Below, piece by piece: positions 26,057 to 35,147 of a DNA stretch of 64,000 nt. Position numbers and translations under genes: made by a program. The notes under the pieces are model-generated. The model ran no database searches, was not told the origin of the DNA, and saw only the letters and a list, made by a program, of their open reading frames with translations. The stretch's first letter is position 1; the number at the start of each line of letters is the position of its first letter. Origin of the DNA: an uncultured Erysipelotrichaceae bacterium (lineage in GTDB: Bacteria; Bacillota_I; Bacilli_A; Erysipelotrichales; Erysipelotrichaceae); the NCBI GenBank assembly GCA_944326825.1, contig CALVFL010000019.1, positions 32,562-96,561 on the forward strand. The letters run 5' to 3'.

Positions 26057-26576
26057 TCTTTTTATTAAGCGGCATCAAGGCATAAGTTTCTATAAACCCT
26101 TCCGGGATAAAGAAAGGATCATAGCCAAAACCGCCCTTTCCCGCCATCTTTAAAGCGATAGAACCTTTTGTTTCACCTTTAAAAGTCATCGCTTTGCCGT
26201 TTTCATCAATATAGACGATCACTGAAGTAAAGATGGCCCTACGATCTTTAATATCTTCCATGATCTTTAAAATAAAGTGCATCTTTTGATCATAATTAAG
26301 ATGTTTTAAAAAACGGGCCGAATGAATATTGGGAAAACCGTTCAAATAATCGATGGCGATACCGCTGTCATCTGCTATGACACACATGCCGTATTTCTTA
26401 TAAAAATGCATGGCTTTGATAGAGGCATTTTCTTCATAAGTCGAACCCCATTCATAGACATCATCATGATCTTCAAGCTCTTTTAAAGATAACAGCTTGA
26501 CATCATAACCTTTTAACAGTTCTTTAAATTCCTCGTATTTGTGCTGATTTTGGGATGCTAATAATATCGTTTTCAT
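25992..26576 (-). CDS. rdgB: Non-canonical purine NTP (XTP/dITP) pyrophosphatase
   Basis: MKTILLASQNQHKYEEF.., SGIAIDYLNG.PNIHSAR, GFGYDPFF and SHRYKAF. ATG at 26576. Confidence 0.88.
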   Translation of the reverse strand: MKTILLASQNQHKYEEFKELLKGYDVKLLSLKELEDHDDVYEWGSTYEENASIKAMHFYKKYGMCVIADDSGIAIDYLNGFPNIHSARFLKHLNYDQKMHFILKIMEDIKDRRAIFTSVIVYIDENGKAMTFKGETKGSIALKMAGKGGFGYDPFFIPEGFIETYALMPLNKKNELSHRYKAFRKLVEYFEENS

Positions 26577-26589
26577 ATATAATACTCTT

Positions 26590-27402
26590 ATGGACCTCAC
26601 TAATCTAATACAAGAATTATACCACACTAAACCGATTATCAAAAAAACAAATCTCGGCTTGTCCAACGATATCTATAAAGCTGTCATCAATGACAAAAAA
26701 TATGCGATCAGAGTACCTAAAAACGACATCCATAAACATTTGAATACTGAAGAAAGAACTCTTTTAAATCAAATCAAAACTTTGGATCTCGATGTTAAAG
26801 AGGTCTATTATGATGAAGATACCAAGATCAGGATCACTGAATGGGTCGATAATGGTTATGAATATCAAGATTGCCCTTTTGAAGACAAGTGGCTAAGAGC
26901 AGTAAAACTGATCAAAAAACTGCATAATGCCGATCTAAAAATAAACTATCGCTTTGATTCTTTTAAGATGTATCATTCTTTTAAAAGAGAGATCAAAAAT
27001 CCTTTGATGGATTATCCCAAATATGAAAAAGTCTTTCAAATGATCGATAGTTCTAAAGAAGTCTTTTCACACAATGATCTGGTATCAGGCAATTTTATCT
27101 TTACTAAAAATCGTGATTATCTCATCGATTATGAATATGCCGGTATGAATCATCCGTATTTTGACATCATGTCTTTTATCACTGAAAACAATATCGATGA
27201 CAAAGTACTTAGAAAAAAGATCTTAAAAGCTTACTTCGACAAGATCGATGATCACCTATTGGAAGAACTTCATAAGATCGAAGCCATGCAGAACCTCTTG
27301 TGGGCTGCTTGGGCCAATATGCTCTATGATTCAAGAAATGAAGATGTTTATTTAACAATTTTTAAAGATAAGTATTCACATCTGACAAAGGGGGAAATAT
27401 GA
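26590..27402 (+). CDS. Choline/ethanolamine-kinase-like phosphotransferase (APH fold)
   Basis: Brenner motif HNDLVSGNF and the kinase motif LIDYEYAG. TATAAT at 26578-26583 lies 6 nt before the ATG. Confidence 0.75.
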   Translation: MDLTNLIQELYHTKPIIKKTNLGLSNDIYKAVINDKKYAIRVPKNDIHKHLNTEERTLLNQIKTLDLDVKEVYYDEDTKIRITEWVDNGYEYQDCPFEDKWLRAVKLIKKLHNADLKINYRFDSFKMYHSFKREIKNPLMDYPKYEKVFQMIDSSKEVFSHNDLVSGNFIFTKNRDYLIDYEYAGMNHPYFDIMSFITENNIDDKVLRKKILKAYFDKIDDHLLEELHKIEAMQNLLWAAWANMLYDSRNEDVYLTIFKDKYSHLTKGEI

Positions 27403-28298
27403 AACATATCTTTATCGTGAATAAGATCTCCGGCAAAAAACGGGGCTTAAAGACCGTATCGATCATTGAAGACATCATGCAAAAGCATCACCACGACTAT
27501 GAGATCCATATCACTCAATACCCGACTCATGCCAAAAAGATCGCAGCCAATTATAAAAAAGAAGACGATGTCACTATCTATGCTGTGGGCGGTGATGGAA
27601 CGATCCTAGAAGTTGTCAACGGTATTGAAGAAGGCATCCCATTAGGAATCATACCATGCGGGAGCGGCAATGATTTTTACCGCCTTTTAGGAAGCGATAA
27701 CAGCGATCTCGAAAAGATCATCGAAGATACTATCGATGCTAAAACGGTATGGATCGATTATGGGATCAGCGACAGGATGAAGTTTATCAACGGTACATCT
27801 TTAGGCATTGATGCCTTAGTCAATTATGACGCTTCAAGCATGATCAGAAAGACCGTCTTTGATAAAAACAGCGCCTATGCTTTATCGATCATTAAAAATG
27901 TCATCATCCCGAAAGCATCACATTTAAAGATCGATATTGACGGCCAGCATTTCGAAGATGACTTTTTGATCGTAGCGATCATGAACGGCCGCTATTATGG
28001 CAATGGTGCTCTCCCTGCCCCTGAAAGCATCCTCAATGACGGTTATTTTGACATCGTCATGGTCAAAAAATACAATCCTTTCTTGGTATATGCCTTGCTT
28101 GGCAAATATCTCAAAGGCAAGCACCTAAACGATAAACATTTTATCCATTTAAAAGGTCAAGAGATAAAGATTGAAGCTTCTAAAGAAGTGGCAATCCAGT
28201 CAGATGGCGAAAACTATAAAAGCAAGCATTTACATATCTCGCTAAAGCACAATAAGCTGCTTTTAAAAGTTCCGGATTATTTGGATATTATCAAATAA
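27399..28298 (+). CDS. Diacylglycerol-kinase-family lipid kinase (DagK/YegS-like)
   Basis: IFIVN..SGKKRG, GGDGTILEV and PCGSGNDF. ATGA overlap with the kinase-like gene. Confidence 0.85.
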   Translation: MKHIFIVNKISGKKRGLKTVSIIEDIMQKHHHDYEIHITQYPTHAKKIAANYKKEDDVTIYAVGGDGTILEVVNGIEEGIPLGIIPCGSGNDFYRLLGSDNSDLEKIIEDTIDAKTVWIDYGISDRMKFINGTSLGIDALVNYDASSMIRKTVFDKNSAYALSIIKNVIIPKASHLKIDIDGQHFEDDFLIVAIMNGRYYGNGALPAPESILNDGYFDIVMVKKYNPFLVYALLGKYLKGKHLNDKHFIHLKGQEIKIEASKEVAIQSDGENYKSKHLHISLKHNKLLLKVPDYLDIIK

Positions 28299-28324
28299 AA
28301 GATTGAGGGCATTCCTCAATCTTT
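28298..28324. terminator. Bidirectional terminator between the lipid kinase gene and phoH
   Basis: AAAGATTGAGG-gcatt-CCTCAATCTTT. The stem covers the phoH stop codon. Confidence 0.8.
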
Positions 28325-29275
28325 ATTATGATAAGCATCATATCTTTCAATTATCTTCTGAACAAGATGATTTCTGACGATATCTTCATTTTTCAGTTCC
28401 ACAAGCCTGATGCCATCAATATCCTTCAAGATCTTAAAGGCTTCTTTAAGACCGCTTTTAGCTTTAGCGATATTAAGATCGATCTGAGTAATATCGCCAG
28501 TAACTACCATCCTCGAATTTAAACCCAATCTTGTCAAAAACATCAGCATTTGCGAGCTGGTGGTGTTTTGGGCTTCATCCAGAATGATAAAGGCATCGTT
28601 TAAAGTACGGCCCCGCATGTAAGCCAAAGGTATGATCTCGATGGTATTCTTTTCAAGATAGCTTTCGACTTTCTCGCTTCCTAAAAGTTCATTCAAGGCA
28701 TCATACAAAGGCATGAGATAAGGATCGACCTTCTCTTTAAGATCGCCTGGCAAAAAGCCTAGCGATTCCCCTGCTTCGACGGCCGGGCGTGTGAGAACGA
28801 TCTTTTTGACCTCATCATTCTTTAAAGCCTGAACTGCCATGACGACCGCTAAATAAGTCTTGCCTGAGCCAGCCGGACCGATGGCGAAAGTTATGTCATT
28901 ATCCCTGATAGCTTTCAGATAATTATATTGGCCAAGCGTCTTGGCTTTAATTGGCTGATTGTTGCGTTTATAGGCAATGATCTTAGAAATATAGGAAGTA
29001 TCTTCAAGATCGAGATCATCTAAAGATCCTTTGAGATTACTGATAAGAACTTTATCGATTACATTGTTTTCTTTGATATTCTTTAAAAGCAGTTTAAAGA
29101 ACTTTTCGATTTCTGATATATCATGAGTACCCTCGACATAAAGATCATTATCTCTGATGACTAATGAGATATTAAAGAGTTCTTCGATGTATTTGATATT
29201 CTTGTCATCAATGCCGACTAAAGTCTGCAATTCTTCGTTGCTGATGTCATCTAAAACTATTTTTGTATAAGCCAT
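28316..29275 (-). CDS. phoH: PhoH-family ATPase (PhoH/YbeZ)
   Basis: Walker A GPAGSGKTYLAV, Walker B FIILDEAQN, and VVTGDITQID. Confidence 0.9.
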   Translation of the reverse strand: MAYTKIVLDDISNEELQTLVGIDDKNIKYIEELFNISLVIRDNDLYVEGTHDISEIEKFFKLLLKNIKENNVIDKVLISNLKGSLDDLDLEDTSYISKIIAYKRNNQPIKAKTLGQYNYLKAIRDNDITFAIGPAGSGKTYLAVVMAVQALKNDEVKKIVLTRPAVEAGESLGFLPGDLKEKVDPYLMPLYDALNELLGSEKVESYLEKNTIEIIPLAYMRGRTLNDAFIILDEAQNTTSSQMLMFLTRLGLNSRMVVTGDITQIDLNIAKAKSGLKEAFKILKDIDGIRLVELKNEDIVRNHLVQKIIERYDAYHNKD

Positions 29276-29283
29276 ACTTACCT

Positions 29284-29317
29284 CTAAATAAAATAGTAAA
29301 GCCTAAGCTTTACTATT
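29284..29317 (-). terminator. Hairpin/terminator directly after rpsU
   Basis: AUAGUAAAGC-uuag-GCUUUACUAU followed by UUUAUUU. The phoH SD and start follow with no room for a promoter. Confidence 0.7.
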
Positions 29318-29495
29318 ATTTTCCTCTTCTTGCTTTTCTAGCAGCTTCTGATTTCAATTTACGACGAACACCCGGTTTAACGTAGTATTCACGTTTACGA
29401 GCTTCAAGGAGGGTTCCATTTCTAGAAACTTGTCTTTTGAAACGACGTAAAGCATCATCTAACGCTTCGTTGTCCTTAACAATAACCTTTGCCAT
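29316..29495 (-). CDS. rpsU: 30S ribosomal protein S21
   Basis: [36 protein letters not shown] before ATG 29495. Confidence 0.93.
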   Translation of the reverse strand: MAKVIVKDNEALDDALRRFKRQVSRNGTLLEARKREYYVKPGVRRKLKSEAARKARRGK

Positions 29496-29523
29496 GTTCA
29501 CACCCCCTTTTTTTACTTTATTC

Positions 29524-29551
29524 ATTATATCAAATCTTAACTATTTGACAA
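29524..29551 (-). promoter_or_regulatory. rpsU promoter TTGTCA-16-TGaTATAAT
   Basis: The -35 is 29551..29546 and the -10 is 29529..29524, with an extended TG. Confidence 0.6.
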
Positions 29552-29588
29552 CTGTTTTTTAATATTTGCGCTAAAGAGTCCTATTTTC

Positions 29589-30233
29589 TTAATCTTCAGC
29601 GAGCAGTTTTACTCCAGAAGAAGTGCCGATACGATCAGCACCCAATTCGATCATCTTCAAGAAATCAGCATGACTTCTCACGCCGCCGGCTGCCTTGACA
29701 AGACATTTATCGCCGACACATTTTTTAAGCAAAGCGACATCTTCAAAAGTAGCGCCGCCTGTGCTGAAACCGGTCGATGTCTTGACAAAATCAGCTCCAG
29801 CCTTCAATATACATTCACAAGCCTTTACTTTCTCATCATTGCTTAACAAACAAGCCTCGATGATCACTTTTAAAGTATGATCTTTACAGACCTCTTTAAG
29901 AGCTCTGATCTCATCGGTAACATAATCTAAATCGCCATCTTTCAATTTAGCGATATTAAGGACCATATCGATCTCATCAGCGCCCTTCTTTAAAGCATCT
30001 TCAGTTTCAAAGACCTTGGCAGCAGTAGTCATTTGGCCAAGCGGGAAACCGACTACCGTACAGACTAAAACATCGCTGTCTTTTAAAAGTTCTTTGCAAT
30101 AAGTGATGTAGCTGGGATTAACGCAGACAGATTTGAAATCGTGTTCTTTAGCTTCGCTGCATAATTTTGCGATAGCCTCTTTAGAGGCATCAGCCTTTAA
30201 TAAAGTGTGGTCAATATACTTAGAAAGTTTCAT
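29589..30233 (-). CDS. deoC: Deoxyribose-phosphate aldolase
   Basis: MKLSKYIDHTLLKADA.., VCTVVGFPLG and the Schiff-base region DFVKTSTGF. The ATG at 30233 has an AAGGAGG SD inside the murE 3' end. Confidence 0.9.
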   Translation of the reverse strand: MKLSKYIDHTLLKADASKEAIAKLCSEAKEHDFKSVCVNPSYITYCKELLKDSDVLVCTVVGFPLGQMTTAAKVFETEDALKKGADEIDMVLNIAKLKDGDLDYVTDEIRALKEVCKDHTLKVIIEACLLSNDEKVKACECILKAGADFVKTSTGFSTGGATFEDVALLKKCVGDKCLVKAAGGVRSHADFLKMIELGADRIGTSSGVKLLAED

Positions 30234-31677
30234 CTTTTTCCTCCTTGATCCTTTCTTTGATCCTGTTTTTAGCGATGATTGCATCAGAGCTGTAGGCTTC
30301 TTTGCCGAAAGGACGATAGATAAAATTATCATCGCCCTTGCCTAAGATCAAAAGCGTATCATCGTCATTCATGAGATCGATGCCGGAGATAATGGCATTT
30401 TCTCTTGAGGTGATCATGACATAAGGTTTATCTTTGATGCCTTGAGCGATCGTCTTTAAAACATTTACGACATCTTCATCCCGGTCATCATCTTCACAAA
30501 GGATGACGAGATCACTGAATTCATTAAGGGCAGCTCCTAAAGCGATACGCTTATTATCATCTTTACCGTATTTAGAACCGATGACGGTAACGATCTTGTT
30601 TTTGGAAGGCGTGATCGTTGTGGCATAATCGATGATATTGCGCAAACTGTTGGGAGTATCGGCAAAATCGACAAGCACATTGTATCTTTGCCCGACATCG
30701 ATCCGATACATCCGTCCGTTGACCGCCTTTAAACTGTTAAGTTTCATAATGATCTTGCTGAGATCTTTGCCCATCGCAAAGTAGGCGCCTAAGGCTGCTA
30801 AAAGATTATAGATATTGGCTTTTGTCACAAGATCGCTTTTGACGACATAACTGTTGTTAAAGACATTTAAGATAAAGGAAGTTGAATCAGCCTTGATCTT
30901 GATTTCCGAAGCAGTAATATCGGCCTTGGTATTGATGCCATAGGTAATGATCTTGGCATGAGAGTCTTCGATCATTTCTAAAGCATACTTGGAATCAAGG
31001 TTGATGATCGCATAGGCGTCTTCATCAAGATTATCAAACAGTCTTTTCTTGGCTGATACATAATCGTGCATAGTGCCATGCACCTCTACATGATCTGCCG
31101 TTAAATTGGTAAAGACAGCGATCTTGAAATTAAGTGAATCCGTCCTTCTTTGCTCAAGTGCGATCGAAGTCACTTCCATGACACAGTCATCCACACCGTT
31201 ATCGACCATTTCACTTAAATACCTGTTTAACTCGATATAAGACGGAGTAGTCAATTCATGATAATAGTATTTATCATGATAAGCAGTTCCTAAAGTACCG
31301 ATATAACCGCAATCATCATCTAAAGAAAGCAGTTCTTTAAGAATCATCGCTGTTGTGGTCTTGCCGTTGGTACCGGTGATGCCGATAAGATCTAAAGATG
31401 AACTGGGGTCATGATAGAAACGTTTAAGAGTCTGATTCAAGACCTTTAAGACATCATCGACTTTAATATAGATTGCTTCTTTGCTTTTGATGACATCGCC
31501 TTCATATACGATGACTTTGGCGCCGTTTAAGACCGCTTCATCAATAAAGTTGCGTCCGTCATATTTAATGCCCTCAAGACAAAAGAAGATCCCCTCTTCA
31601 TTTTTGACTCGTGAATCGATGGCGATACTTTTTATTTCGATCTCCGGTGCTTTGGAAAATAAGTCACTCAGTTTCAT
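30220..31677 (-). CDS. murE: MurE-like Mur ligase (UDP-MurNAc-L-Ala-D-Glu:amino acid ligase), divergent at several conserved motifs
   Basis: IDSRVKNEEGIFFCLEG, GITGTNGKTTT, FTNLTADHVEVHG and VNGRMYRI. Departures are MEVTSIAL, VDFADTPNSL, IGSKYGKDDNKR and CEDDDRDED. Start taken at ATG 31677, which has a GGAGA SD. Confidence 0.75.
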   Translation of the reverse strand: MKLSDLFSKAPEIEIKSIAIDSRVKNEEGIFFCLEGIKYDGRNFIDEAVLNGAKVIVYEGDVIKSKEAIYIKVDDVLKVLNQTLKRFYHDPSSSLDLIGITGTNGKTTTAMILKELLSLDDDCGYIGTLGTAYHDKYYYHELTTPSYIELNRYLSEMVDNGVDDCVMEVTSIALEQRRTDSLNFKIAVFTNLTADHVEVHGTMHDYVSAKKRLFDNLDEDAYAIINLDSKYALEMIEDSHAKIITYGINTKADITASEIKIKADSTSFILNVFNNSYVVKSDLVTKANIYNLLAALGAYFAMGKDLSKIIMKLNSLKAVNGRMYRIDVGQRYNVLVDFADTPNSLRNIIDYATTITPSKNKIVTVIGSKYGKDDNKRIALGAALNEFSDLVILCEDDDRDEDVVNVLKTIAQGIKDKPYVMITSRENAIISGIDLMNDDDTLLILGKGDDNFIYRPFGKEAYSSDAIIAKNRIKERIKEEKDETF

Positions 31678-32932
31678 AAACTTCTCCATAAAGCAAGCGT
31701 CCTGTGCATTTGCTGATCTTGACTCTTACTATCTGATTATTAGTATAATGGCCTTTGATCTTTACTTCAACATATTCTCTTGAATGACCAAAACTATAGC
31801 CGTCATGACTTCTTTCTACCAATACTTCTACTGCTTTGCCGATAAAAGAGTCATAGTAAGGCTGGGCAACCATTCTATCAAGTTCCATCACCATCTTAAC
31901 TCTTTGTTTTTTGACATCTTCGCTTACTTGATCTTTGAAAGATGCCGCTTTAGTGCCTTTTTTTAAAGCATAAGGAAAGACATGGATAAAACTGAATTTT
32001 AGCTCTTTTAGAAAGTCTAAAGTATCTTTAAAATCCTTTTCAGTTTCATTTGGAAAACCGACGATAAGATCAGTCGAGATAGAGATACCCTCAACTTTCT
32101 CTCTGATTTTAAAAACGAGTTCTTTAAAATCTTTTAAAGTATAAGGACGATCCATCAGCTTTAAGATCTTGTCGCTTCCTGACTGTAATGGGATATGCAA
32201 ATGCGGGGCTAATTTCCCTTTTTTTGCAAGCATCTCAATGATCTCTTCACTTATCTCGGTAACTTCAATCGAAGAAAGACGGATATTGAAAAGACCGTCG
32301 ATCTTAAGAAGTTCTTTTAAAAGATCACTTAGATCATGTCGGCCGTCAAAATAGCGGCCGGTATGAATGCCTGTCAAAACGATCTCTTTTGAAGAATTCG
32401 CAAGACGCCTAGCTTCCATAAGGGCATCTTCTAAACGCATTGAACGTTCTTTGCCTCTGGCATAAGGAATGATGCAGTAGCTGCAGAACTGATTGCAGCC
32501 GTCCTGGATCTTTAAAAAGGCTCTGGTCTTGCCTTTATAATGATCGATATACATATCTTCAAAACTGACATCATTAAGATCTTCGACAAGATTATCCTTG
32601 ATATGTTTATCAATGAGTGTCTTCAAATCTTTCTTATGCTTGCTGCCGACGATGAGATCGACTTCTTCAAAGACTTTGTTGTCACTTCCCGTTTGTGCAT
32701 AACAGCCAACGGCCACGATATACGCATCAGGATTAGCTCGCCGGGCCTGTCTTATAAACTTGCGGGTCTTGCTTTCAGCAGTATTAGTCACACAACAGGT
32801 AAAAATGACATAAATGTCTGCCTTTTCCTTAAAAGATACTTCTAAATATTCTTTATCCATCGCTTCTTTAAAGCTATGGGCTTCATAATCATTGACCTTG
32901 CAGCCCAAGATCATCGTTGCATAAGTTTTCAT
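31664..32932 (-). CDS. mtaB: tRNA ms2t6A37 methylthiotransferase (radical SAM, MtaB type)
   Basis: N-terminal UPF0004 Cys triad, the radical SAM motif CNQFCSYCIIP, and a C-terminal TRAM domain. Follows rsmE, as yqeU-yqeV do in Bacillus. Confidence 0.85.
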   Translation of the reverse strand: MKTYATMILGCKVNDYEAHSFKEAMDKEYLEVSFKEKADIYVIFTCCVTNTAESKTRKFIRQARRANPDAYIVAVGCYAQTGSDNKVFEEVDLIVGSKHKKDLKTLIDKHIKDNLVEDLNDVSFEDMYIDHYKGKTRAFLKIQDGCNQFCSYCIIPYARGKERSMRLEDALMEARRLANSSKEIVLTGIHTGRYFDGRHDLSDLLKELLKIDGLFNIRLSSIEVTEISEEIIEMLAKKGKLAPHLHIPLQSGSDKILKLMDRPYTLKDFKELVFKIREKVEGISISTDLIVGFPNETEKDFKDTLDFLKELKFSFIHVFPYALKKGTKAASFKDQVSEDVKKQRVKMVMELDRMVAQPYYDSFIGKAVEVLVERSHDGYSFGHSREYVEVKIKGHYTNNQIVRVKISKCTGRLLYGEVYETE

Positions 32933-33621
32933 TAAATATTCGCTCCTGCTATATTGGCTGCCACAAAAATGGCCGCTGTTTCTGCTCTTAAGATCCTTTT
33001 GCCAAGTGAGATCGGCTTAAAACCAAGCTCGGCGGCAAGTTCTATTTCATCTGCGCTGAATCCGCCCTCTGGCCCGATCACATAAGTTATCGACCCTTTA
33101 TCATCAAGATCGATAAAATCACTATCACACTTTTCATAAGCGATATAGTTATGATCAGAGCGATATTTATCTAAAGAATTAAGGGTAATAACTCTTTCAA
33201 TACTCGGGATCACATTGCGATGCGATTGTTCGGCGGCTTCCTTAGCGATCTTTTGATAACGGGCGATCTTTTTATCTTCATCTTTGATCTTGATGATGAC
33301 TCTTGAAGTGATGAGCGGCACGATCCTGCTTACCCCAAGTTCAGTCAGTTTTTGGATGATTAAATCAAAATGATCGTTTTTGATAAGGGCAACGACAGCG
33401 GTAATATCCCTTTTCAATTCATTATCTTCATCAAGTCTTTCCAAGATATAAGCCTTATCATCTTTTAAAGTAGCCAGATAGATCTTTTGATCGCTGGCTG
33501 CCAAACGGAAAAGATGATCATCGCCCTTGCGTAAAACATTGCGCAAGTGATGGATTATCTCTTTATCTAAAACGATAGTTTCATTTACTTTTAAATCCTG
33601 ATCGATAAAATATTGCTGCAT
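32932..33621 (-). CDS. rsmE: 16S rRNA (uracil1498-N3)-methyltransferase
   Basis: 229 aa with MQQYFI.., HHLRNVLR and C-terminal GPEGGFS..E......G...ISLG.RILRAETA. Confidence 0.85.
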   Translation of the reverse strand: MQQYFIDQDLKVNETIVLDKEIIHHLRNVLRKGDDHLFRLAASDQKIYLATLKDDKAYILERLDEDNELKRDITAVVALIKNDHFDLIIQKLTELGVSRIVPLITSRVIIKIKDEDKKIARYQKIAKEAAEQSHRNVIPSIERVITLNSLDKYRSDHNYIAYEKCDSDFIDLDDKGSITYVIGPEGGFSADEIELAAELGFKPISLGKRILRAETAAIFVAANIAGANI

Positions 33622-33649
33622 GAAGATATTATAACTTATTTATAGAAGA

Positions 33650-33674
33650 TATAAAAGGTGCCTGATGGCACCTT
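33650..33674 (-). terminator. Terminator after pyrP
   Basis: AAGGUGCC-auca-GGCACCUU followed by UUAUAU. Confidence 0.7.
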
Positions 33675-33699
33675 AGAGAGTTCTAATATGTTTTGGGAT

Positions 33700-34989
33700 T
33701 TAATTGTTTTTAGGCAGGATGAGATTTAAGATCACGCCCAGCAAAGCACTAAGAGCCGTACCAGAAAGTGAAGCAACTTCTCCAAAATTCAAGACTGCTC
33801 CACCCAGTCCGACGACGAGCATCGCTGAAGCGATGATGAGGTTACGCTGTTTATTGAAATCGACATGGTTATCGATAAGTACCTTCAAACCGTTGGATGC
33901 GATAACGCCATACAAGATGATCGACATACCGCCAAGTACACAAGTTGGGATCGTTTCAATGACAGCCGAGATGATCGGAAACATCGAAATGATAATAGCG
34001 ATACAGGCGGCTCCAAAGGTAACATAAACCGAAGCGATCTTGGTCATGCCGATAACGCCGGTATTTTCACCATAAGTCGTATTGGCCGGACCGCCGATCA
34101 AAGCCGATACCGAAGTAGCTACACCATCACCGATAAGCGTACGGTCTAATCCCGGATCTTTTAAGAAATTGCGGTTACAGATCCTTGATAAGACTGTATG
34201 ATCACCGATATGTTCGGAAATAGTCACGATAGCGACCGGCATGATAGCAATAGCTGCCGGCAAAAGCGGATTGAAGGTATATTCTTCAAACAGACCGCCG
34301 GTTGAAAACGGTAAGATAAATTCTGGCAAACCGATCCATCTTCCTGAAGAGATGACTTCATTTATCGGAGTAAAATCGACGATACCAACAAGGCAAGAGG
34401 CAACATATCCGGCAATGATACCGCATAAAAACGGAATGATCTTAAAGAAACCTTTTGCTTTAGTCGAAATAAAAGCGGTAAAGATAAAGGTAAATAAAGC
34501 TACACCGATATGCTTGAGATCGCCTCCGGCAACAAGTCCGGCATTGCTTACAGCGCTGGAAGCCAGACCAAGACCGATAACGACGATCATTGGACCAATG
34601 ACGATCGGCGGCAACACTTTATCGATCCAGTCTTTGCCGACGACTTTAATGATGATCGCCACGATACAATAGATGATACCGACCATGATCAGACCGCTTT
34701 GAGCGCCTGAAACATCTCCGCCCATTTGAGCAACAGCATAGTTGGTAGCCGTAATATAAGCAAATGATGAACCTAAATAGACCGGAACTCTAAACTTAGT
34801 GGCAATACAATAGATGATCGTACCGATACCTGATGCAAACAAGGCTACTGATACCGGATAACCGGTCATGATCGGAACTAAGATCGTTGCCCCGAACATT
34901 GCAAAAACGTGCTGGAAAGAAAGTAAAACACCCGTGCCTAAAGAAGGCTTTTCGTTTACATCCAGCAAAAGCTTGACTTTTTCACTCAT
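33700..34989 (-). CDS. pyrP: Uracil permease (NCS2/NAT family)
   Basis: 429 aa polytopic protein with LSFQHVFAMFGATILVP and NTTYGENTGV. A PyrR-type attenuator lies upstream. Confidence 0.85.
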   Translation of the reverse strand: MSEKVKLLLDVNEKPSLGTGVLLSFQHVFAMFGATILVPIMTGYPVSVALFASGIGTIIYCIATKFRVPVYLGSSFAYITATNYAVAQMGGDVSGAQSGLIMVGIIYCIVAIIIKVVGKDWIDKVLPPIVIGPMIVVIGLGLASSAVSNAGLVAGGDLKHIGVALFTFIFTAFISTKAKGFFKIIPFLCGIIAGYVASCLVGIVDFTPINEVISSGRWIGLPEFILPFSTGGLFEEYTFNPLLPAAIAIMPVAIVTISEHIGDHTVLSRICNRNFLKDPGLDRTLIGDGVATSVSALIGGPANTTYGENTGVIGMTKIASVYVTFGAACIAIIISMFPIISAVIETIPTCVLGGMSIILYGVIASNGLKVLIDNHVDFNKQRNLIIASAMLVVGLGGAVLNFGEVASLSGTALSALLGVILNLILPKNN

Positions 34990-35019
34990 GAAAATTCCTC
35001 TTTTCTAAGTGATTCCTTT

Positions 35020-35092
35020 AAAAAAGGCCATGTTCAATGGCCCTGTTTATGATACTTAGCTATCACCTTTTTAATCTCTCCTGGATTAAATT
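35020..35092 (-). promoter_or_regulatory. PyrR-type transcription attenuator (binding hairpin plus terminator)
   Basis: On the minus strand, UUAAUC-CAGGAGA-GAUUAA (35087..35073) resembles the PyrR box UCCAGAGAGG. It is followed by the terminator GGCCAU-ugaac-AUGGCC and UUUUUU (35043..35020). Confidence 0.65.
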
Positions 35093-35110
35093 AAAGGACC
35101 CACTGGCAAT

Positions 35111-35138
35111 ATACTACCATAAATCCTATAAATGGCAA
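35111..35138 (-). promoter_or_regulatory. pyrP promoter TTGCCA-16-TGgTAGTAT
   Basis: The -35 is 35138..35133 and the -10 is 35116..35111. It lies 10 nt downstream of the stop of the preceding CNNM gene. Confidence 0.5.
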
Positions 35139-35147
35139 GTCTTTAAT

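Noticed and set aside
33704-34672. Several plus-strand ORFs (107, 94, 143 and 66 aa) inside pyrP
   Set aside because: They are antisense shadows of a GC-richer membrane gene with no recognisable motifs or ribosome-binding sites.
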